Assembly (NCBI GenBank): GCA_001029735.1
Contig: CP011213.1
Coordinates: forward strand, 396,613-460,612
Direction of reading: 5' to 3'
DNA length: 64,000 nt
From: Berkelbacteria bacterium GW2011_GWE1_39_12
GTDB lineage: Bacteria; Patescibacteriota; UBA1384; UBA12157
The position numbers were made by a program, and so were the translations under genes. Of this stretch, positions 57,889 through 64,000 are shown in pieces. Within the stretch, counting starts at the first letter, position 1; each line of letters begins with the position of its first letter. The notes beneath the pieces were generated by a model. It was not told the origin of the DNA, did not search any database, and saw only the letters and a list, made by a program, of their open reading frames with translations.

Positions 57889-58932
57889 CTATAGACGGAA
57901 TAGAATCGCTGACAAGGTAAGTCCGGCTCCGAACCCAACCATGATTCCGTAGTCCCCGACGGTGATTGCGCCAGAATCCTTGGCTTCGCTAAGCGCAATG
58001 GGAATGGACGCTGATGAGGTGTTACCGTAAAACTCCACATTCATGAAGATCTTTTCTTCTGGTATGCCCAAGCTTCTAGCAATTGGCTTACGGATTCTAC
58101 CGTTTGCTTGGTGCGGCAGAATCAGGCCGACATCCGAAAGGCGAATCACATGCTGAAATTGTTGTGTCCAGCCAGGCTCATTTGCCTTAATAATCGTTTC
58201 GAGTATCAGATTAGGGATTTCCGATAGAACGAATTCATGAATTTTCGTTCCCTCCATCCACGCGTCCATTAGGACGTCGTCTGACCATGTATGCGTGCCA
58301 AGTCGCCGACTTACTGCCATCTGAGCCATTTCAGGAATGGATTTGGCGATAGAGCAGATAATCCCGGTTTCTTCATTCGTGTCTATCTTCTCTAGAAGTA
58401 CACAGCCGGCGCCGTCGCCCCAGATATCCCAGTTTATTGTTGTAGTACTGGCAAGTCGGGAGCCAATGGCGTCTGCTCCGATAACCAATCCATAACGGTA
58501 TTTCTTCTCGTCGAGAAGTCTGGATTTGACCACGTTCATACCATATATTGCGCTTGTGCACGCCGCTAAGATATCAAAGGCCTCAATATTAGGGCCTCCA
58601 ACCTTTTCTAGAATCGTGCAAGCGGTCGATGGAAACGCGGTTTCCGGGGTCGATGTGCCGACACACAGTATGTCGATATCGTCCCAGTCTAAGCCAGCCT
58701 TTCTCAAAGTGTCTTCTGCAGCTAGTCTTCCCATATCTGAAATATTCTGGTCAGCCGCCATACGGCGTCTTTCTTTTATACCTATAGTTTTGAAGATTAT
58801 CTCTTCGGTTAGGGGCTTATGGCTGCTTGTTTCTGTGACACCATTTTCCGCCAAAGTTCTCAAAGCTTCTTCATTGTTTAGAACACAAGGCGGTAAATGC
58901 TTGCCCGCTTCCGCGATTCTCACTCTTTCCAT
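57889..58932 (-). CDS. fabH: 3-oxoacyl-ACP synthase III
   Basis: Active-site Cys region LAACTSAIYG and C-terminal GFGAGLT. 347 aa. Confidence 0.85.
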   Translation of the reverse strand: MERVRIAEAGKHLPPCVLNNEEALRTLAENGVTETSSHKPLTEEIIFKTIGIKERRRMAADQNISDMGRLAAEDTLRKAGLDWDDIDILCVGTSTPETAFPSTACTILEKVGGPNIEAFDILAACTSAIYGMNVVKSRLLDEKKYRYGLVIGADAIGSRLASTTTINWDIWGDGAGCVLLEKIDTNEETGIICSIAKSIPEMAQMAVSRRLGTHTWSDDVLMDAWMEGTKIHEFVLSEIPNLILETIIKANEPGWTQQFQHVIRLSDVGLILPHQANGRIRKPIARSLGIPEEKIFMNVEFYGNTSSASIPIALSEAKDSGAITVGDYGIMVGFGAGLTLSAILFRL

Positions 58933-59052
58933 CTGTTATCTCCTGGTTGTCAAGATTGCGCTGAATACCCGCATAATACCCCTATTTCCTTCAGTTGTCA
59001 ATTAAAAAACCCTTCGATATTAGGCGAAGGGTTGATAACAATCTCTGGCGTG

Positions 59053-59478
59053 TTATTGAGTCTTGGTCAGAGTGAACGTGAACTTCATGTCGGCGACTTC
59101 TTGATCGTCGTCGTAAATTTTGCATTCGGCCTTGCCGGCCGTAGAGCGCAATCTTACGATCTCTGATTCAATCCTTAGTACTGCACCTGGCCTGATAGGG
59201 CGACGGACGCGGAATCGCTCAATTCCAGAGAGCGATGGTAATAGTCCACGCAGTTCTTTACGTCGGACAGCGATTTGACCTGCTGACTGAGCCATAGCTT
59301 CGATCAGGAAGATGGCAGGGCATATCAAATTGCCGGGAAAATGATCTTGAGCGGCGAGAATTTCTCGACCAGTGTAGGTGAACTCGGTTGTGATCACCTG
59401 ACTTTCCGTTATTCCCAGGATTTTTGAAATCATCCTGAAGAAAGGTCCATGGGCTAGAATAACTTTTAATCTCTGCAT
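59053..59478 (-). CDS. fabZ: 3-hydroxyacyl-ACP dehydratase
   Basis: Hot-dog fold with the FPGNLICPAIFLIEAMAQ motif. 141 aa. Confidence 0.8.
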   Translation of the reverse strand: MQRLKVILAHGPFFRMISKILGITESQVITTEFTYTGREILAAQDHFPGNLICPAIFLIEAMAQSAGQIAVRRKELRGLLPSLSGIERFRVRRPIRPGAVLRIESEIVRLRSTAGKAECKIYDDDQEVADMKFTFTLTKTQ

Positions 59479-59558
59479 TGCAACCTCCTGCTTTCAGTTG
59501 TTGGCAAGCCAACTCAATATGATACTATAATGATAGATAGAAATCAACCGAGGATGAA

Positions 59559-60533
59559 ATGATTATTTTCTTTTATGGACAAGATTCTTACAGATTAGCG
59601 CAAAGTGAAAAAAAACTGAAAGAGAAATTTATTTCAGCTTCTCTTGGTGATACAAATTTGGCTGTGCTAGATGTCAAGAAGCTAACTTTCGATGAATATA
59701 TTCGCCAGATATTGGCCATGCCTTTTCTTTCCAAAACTCGTTTGGTTATTGTTGAAAATATTTTATCGGAAGCAAAGAAAGAACTTCAGGAAAAAATCGG
59801 TGAAGTCTTAAACAAAGTGCCCGAATCAACAGTATTGCTTTTTACGGAGACGGCGCCGGATAAGAGACTTAGCCTTTTCAAGAAACTGGTAAAAGTCGAT
59901 AAGGTTCAGGAATTTCTGCCCATGGAAGAAATTCAAATTAAACGCTGGATTAAATCAGAGACAGAGGCCAAGGGCGGGGAGATTGATTCAGCTTCAATTA
60001 ATCTCTTGTACGAAAGTGTCGGTGGTGATTTATGGCGGCTATCGAACGAGCTTGATAAATTAATCACTTTTAACCATAAAATTACGACCGGAACAATTGA
60101 GCTTTTGGTTCAATCGCAGGCACAGAAAGATATCTTTCGTTTAGTCGATGCCTTGGGCAATAAAAATCTTAAAAAAGCTTTAAATGAGTTAAACCAATTG
60201 CAACATGCTGGCGAAAACGAAATTTATATATTTTCGATGATCTGTTATCAATATCGTAATTTATTGATCGTCAAAGATCTGCAAGACAGGCTTCACAGTT
60301 CTAATGCTTATCCTGCCAGCGGGCAAGCATGGGCGATTCAAAAAGAAGCGGGGATGAACCCGTACGTGGTCCAAAAGACCTTGGCACAATGCGGAAATTT
60401 TACGTTCGATGAACTCAAGAATTCGTATGATACTCTGTTAGACTTTGATCACAAACTAAAGACTGGTAAAATAGGAAAAGAAGCGGCTTTAGCATTGCTA
60501 GTAGTCAAACTGAGTTTGTCGCGGAATTTCTAA
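59559..60533 (+). CDS. holA: DNA polymerase III delta subunit
   Basis: A 324-aa protein with delta-subunit-like organisation (LFKKL...KRW.. motifs). Typical short CPR/Firmicutes HolA. Confidence 0.65.
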   Translation: MIIFFYGQDSYRLAQSEKKLKEKFISASLGDTNLAVLDVKKLTFDEYIRQILAMPFLSKTRLVIVENILSEAKKELQEKIGEVLNKVPESTVLLFTETAPDKRLSLFKKLVKVDKVQEFLPMEEIQIKRWIKSETEAKGGEIDSASINLLYESVGGDLWRLSNELDKLITFNHKITTGTIELLVQSQAQKDIFRLVDALGNKNLKKALNELNQLQHAGENEIYIFSMICYQYRNLLIVKDLQDRLHSSNAYPASGQAWAIQKEAGMNPYVVQKTLAQCGNFTFDELKNSYDTLLDFDHKLKTGKIGKEAALALLVVKLSLSRNF

Positions 60534-60594
60534 TGCTATTAGAAATATAGCCAAATTTTGCAGTAAATAAGAGCTTGATTCTGAAGAATTAAGG

Positions 60595-62112
60595 GTGGGG
60601 ATGAACAATTTTGCTTTAATTAAAGCGCTGTTACACGGTGTGGACTTCTATTGGAAGAAGTTTTTTGTTCTTTCGTTATTTTTGGTAGCGATTTTTGGTG
60701 GCTATTTTTTCTTGAAAAACTCAAACGTCTCACAGGCAGCCACCGACTTTTCAGATACGCCAGAATTTTCATTAATTCAAAGTAAAAGCATTAATATTGA
60801 AGTATTACCAAACGGTAAAGTTCTCTCCGACGGTAAAAATATCTCTGACACTTTAAAGATTTTTTCTGATCACGATGAACTCAGAATCATTTTACTAGAT
60901 AGCCCGGGTGTTTTCATCCAAGATTTAACGGCCAAAGTAAAATTACCCAGGTCATTTCAGAAAAATGAAGTAGAGCAAATTACCTATGCGGTTCACGGTG
61001 TTGGTTCGTACCGAAACTATATTCAAGATGATCGAGTACTCGTTTATGAAGCCAGTGATATTACAACATCTTCAACCCTGACGATCGTGACCAAGTTTCC
61101 CAAAGATATGATTAAGCCGTCGCTGAGTAAAAATATTGCTTACAATATTTCTTCAGTTTCTGCCAAGTCATATCTAATTTTAGCGGTAATTTTACCTCTT
61201 GCCACTTTGATCGTTACTTTATTTATGCTTTTAAAGAGAAGGAAAGACCAAATCATATCTCTAAATGTAGATCCAAACGATAAAATGCCAGCCGAAGTTT
61301 CGCCGGCGGTGGTTGGAGTCTTGATTGATGGCCAGATTGGTTCGAGGGAAATCGCGGCTACGTTAATCAGTCTGGCGGAAAGAAAATATATTTTTATCAT
61401 TAAAAAAACGGATGGATTTACATTTGGTAAAAGAAAAAGTTTTGACAGTCCGGAATTAGAACCGTTCGAGAAAGTTTTGCTTTCGAAAATATTTACCGAA
61501 AATTATAAGAGTACTAAGGACGATGTGGAAATGAGAGTGGGACACCATATCTTCTCACGCAAGATGGCTCAGGTTTTTCTTGGTGTCTATGATGAAGCGA
61601 CAAATGCAGGATACTTTATTAGTAATCCTGCTTCAGTTCATCGCCGCTGGCGGTTGACAGGCATTGGACTCTTTTTCCTGTCACTGCTTGGTTTTATCCA
61701 AAGCGCTTTTTATGCGCCTGACCCAAAATTTACTTTGCTTTTTTGGGTTGGTTCTATGGCGGCCGCATCTGTGATTGTAAAAATTTCGGGTATGATGCCA
61801 GCGAGGTCAAGTGAAGGTAGTCGAGCTTTAAAACCATGGATGGCTTTTAGAAAATATTTGAAAATGAAAGATGACTTTCCGCCAAACCAGCTTGCGTCCA
61901 GTATCTATATGAAAAATCTATCGTTGGCTATTGTTTTCGGGGTAGAAGACGCATGGGCTAAAAGGTTTATGAAAGAAAACTTTTCTAAGCCTGATTGGTA
62001 TGAGTCGGAGGATCCATCACCAACCTTAGAAGCATTTATCGGTGGCTTGTATCCTTTAATCTCCTTTGTCGGCACTCTTTTAGCTAATTCGCACGAACCA
62101 ACTGTGGAATAA
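60595..62112 (+). CDS. hypothetical membrane protein (DUF2207-like topology)
   Basis: A 505-aa protein with an N-terminal TM helix, an extracytoplasmic domain of about 170 aa, then 3-4 C-terminal TM helices. Confidence 0.35.
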   Translation: MGMNNFALIKALLHGVDFYWKKFFVLSLFLVAIFGGYFFLKNSNVSQAATDFSDTPEFSLIQSKSINIEVLPNGKVLSDGKNISDTLKIFSDHDELRIILLDSPGVFIQDLTAKVKLPRSFQKNEVEQITYAVHGVGSYRNYIQDDRVLVYEASDITTSSTLTIVTKFPKDMIKPSLSKNIAYNISSVSAKSYLILAVILPLATLIVTLFMLLKRRKDQIISLNVDPNDKMPAEVSPAVVGVLIDGQIGSREIAATLISLAERKYIFIIKKTDGFTFGKRKSFDSPELEPFEKVLLSKIFTENYKSTKDDVEMRVGHHIFSRKMAQVFLGVYDEATNAGYFISNPASVHRRWRLTGIGLFFLSLLGFIQSAFYAPDPKFTLLFWVGSMAAASVIVKISGMMPARSSEGSRALKPWMAFRKYLKMKDDFPPNQLASSIYMKNLSLAIVFGVEDAWAKRFMKENFSKPDWYESEDPSPTLEAFIGGLYPLISFVGTLLANSHEPTVE

Positions 62113-62231
62113 TCTATTCTGTAAATACAGCTGTCCTTTCTAGGCAAGTTTTTTATTTTGGTATGTCAAAAGTAGCCTCTTAGAATAATTGATAACAAAA
62201 AAACGTCAATTGGTCGGTTTTTTATTGCTAA

Positions 62232-62867
62232 TTAAAAAGTGTAGTGTTGGATAACGCCGACTTGATTGAATGGCCAAATGATTAACCAACCTTTGCCAAT
62301 CAAGAATCTCTTATCGGCTATACCCCAGACGCGAGAATCAGAAGAGTTTGGTCGGTTGTCTCCCATCAAAAAGTAATCACTGCCGCGAAGAGTACGATTC
62401 ACGTTTGGCATGGTTAGCATTTCTGTTGGTAAATAAGGTTCATCTAATTTCTTACCGTTTAAGAATACTTCACCGTCTTTAATGGCTATTGTATCTCCAG
62501 GGATTCCTATAATTCTTTTTATATATTTTTTATGAACCGGGTCGCCGGGAAATTTTAGAACAACAACATCGCCGCGCTCAGGGTTACCAAAAATATATTG
62601 CCAACGATTAGCAATCACGGTTTCACCGGTATGAAAGTTTGGTTCCATGGAAACTCCGTCTACAATAAAGACGGTGGCGACAAAAAAGTGAATCAAGCAA
62701 AAAAAGATGACAACAGCAATCAGCCATTTAGTTAATTCATAAAAACAGCCTGCCCCATAGACGGCTTTTTCTTCGAGTTCAGCTTTCTTTTCGCTTTTAA
62801 AAGCGCTATTTGCGCTTTCAGAATTTATGGCATTATCGATGCTTGAATCGGTTTGTTTGTTTTCCAT
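62232..62867 (-). CDS. lepB: signal peptidase I
   Basis: VDGVSMEPNF (SMEP box) and the KRIIGIPGDTI and GDNRPNSSDSR boxes. 211 aa. Confidence 0.85.
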   Translation of the reverse strand: MENKQTDSSIDNAINSESANSAFKSEKKAELEEKAVYGAGCFYELTKWLIAVVIFFCLIHFFVATVFIVDGVSMEPNFHTGETVIANRWQYIFGNPERGDVVVLKFPGDPVHKKYIKRIIGIPGDTIAIKDGEVFLNGKKLDEPYLPTEMLTMPNVNRTLRGSDYFLMGDNRPNSSDSRVWGIADKRFLIGKGWLIIWPFNQVGVIQHYTF

Positions 62868-62934
62868 ACCCTCCTTGAGTAAGTAAACAGTAATTTATAA
62901 TTTAGAAAATTTCCGAGGACGTCAGTCCTTTTTG

Positions 62935-63267
62935 CTACTTTTTAGCAGGAGCCTTTTTTGCAGCAGCTTTAGGAGCGGCCTTTTTTTCAGGAGTAGCAGC
63001 TTTTTTCTCAACCTTTGCTTCCGCTTTTTCAGCTTTGGCTTTGGTGGTGCTAAATTTTTTGCTTAAAGCAGATTTTAAACGAGCAGCTTTATTTTTGTGA
63101 ATGACACCGGTTTTGGCGGCTTTGTCGATGGTTGAGACAGCCGAGTTAACAGTTTTTTCATCAACATTCTTCAAAGCTTTGCTTAAAGCGACTTTTGTTT
63201 TCAAATTTTGTGCTTTTTTCACCCGAGAAACCTTCAATGATTTCTTGGCAGATTTAGTAATTGGCAT
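62935..63267 (-). CDS. rpsT: 30S ribosomal protein S20 with Lys/Ala-rich C-terminal extension
   Basis: MPITKSAKKSLKVSRVKKAQNLKTKVALSKALK is typical of S20. Promoter TTGACAAGG...TATATT on the minus strand upstream. Confidence 0.75.
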   Translation of the reverse strand: MPITKSAKKSLKVSRVKKAQNLKTKVALSKALKNVDEKTVNSAVSTIDKAAKTGVIHKNKAARLKSALSKKFSTTKAKAEKAEAKVEKKAATPEKKAAPKAAAKKAPAKK

Positions 63268-63529
63268 TTGTTTTCTTTCTAACCCTGAGCGTAGTCGAAG
63301 GGCTTTGATTCAATTTAGTATTGATATCCTCACTTTATCATAATATTGAACCCTTGACAAGGCTTGGCTAAGTTGCTATATTTGTTTGTTAACTATAGAT
63401 TAAAGAACCGCAAACAAATTTACTTTTAAGTTATATTGTTGTTGATATTAATCGGAAAAGCCGACAAACAAATTCGCTCTTGCTATTATTGCTTGTTGAT
63501 ATTAAAATCAGCTACTAACTAAAACCCAG

Positions 63530-64000
63530 GAAATACTAATGGATAGGCCAATGGCCTGTCGCGGAAATTGCGGAGCAATTATGGAACTTACGCCAAAACA
63601 GCAAACAATCGAATTGTTAAAAGGCGCTCAGAGCGTATTGCTTTTAACTCATGAAAATCCCGACGGAGATGCTCTCGGTTCTATTTTGGCGCTTCAAATG
63701 GTTTTAACCAAGCTCGGCAAAGAAGCTACCGCTGTTGTTACAGATCCGATTCCAGGAGTTTACCAGTTCTTACCAGCCAAAGAATGTATTAAAACCAGTT
63801 TTTCCGGTACAAAAGACTTTATTATCACAGTCGACACGACTAAAACTAAAGTCGATAAAATGGGCTATAAGAACTTGCCTGAAGAAAACAAACTCAATAT
63901 TGTAATTACTCCAACAAAAGGCGCTTTCTCGGTTGAGGATCTATCTTTCAACCATGGCTCTTTTAAATATGATTTAGTTATCGTCCTAGATTCGCCTGAC
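63530..64000 (+). CDS. DHH-family phosphoesterase (NrnA-like), 5' partial, runs off the window end
   Basis: RBS aggaaa. The HENPDGDALGS DHH motif is present. The open frame continues to position 64000 without a stop. Confidence 0.6.

Overview
This is an AT-rich (roughly 40% GC by eye) bacterial chromosomal window read with the standard genetic code. Its gene content and small-genome architecture suggest a reduced-genome Patescibacteria/CPR-like organism, but I cannot assign a taxon from sequence alone. The core is the replication-origin neighbourhood: rpmH-rnpA-yidD-yidC-jag on the minus strand, then dnaA, a DnaA-box cluster (oriC), dnaN and recF, with a DUF721/DciA-like gene 4.6 kb further on after an inserted island. 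Also present are a complete F1Fo ATP synthase operon (atpBEFHAGDC), valS, tsaD, cell-wall genes (FemAB-like, murE), plsX/fabH/fabZ, holA, lepB, rpsT and a tRNA-Ser. Accessory content includes two Gram-positive-type type IV secretion (T4SS)-like clusters (PrgI/VirB3-like, VirB4, CHAP hydrolase, VirB6/TrbL-like) and four paralogous TrmB-like winged-helix regulators. Each regulator sits divergently from one to three small-protein genes that carry strong sigma70-like promoters and conserved leader motifs. Two families of short palindromic repeat elements (termini GTCAT...ATGAC) are dispersed through the window. Several copies lie inside atpG, valS (twice) and tsaD and are translated in frame, resembling Rickettsia palindromic elements. 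There are also GC-rich, probably horizontally acquired genes, a signal-peptide-peptidase-like intramembrane protease, and a tRNA-Ser locus flanked by 62-bp-periodic tRNA 5'-fragment repeats and a GC-rich hairpin element that recurs inverted 24 kb away.
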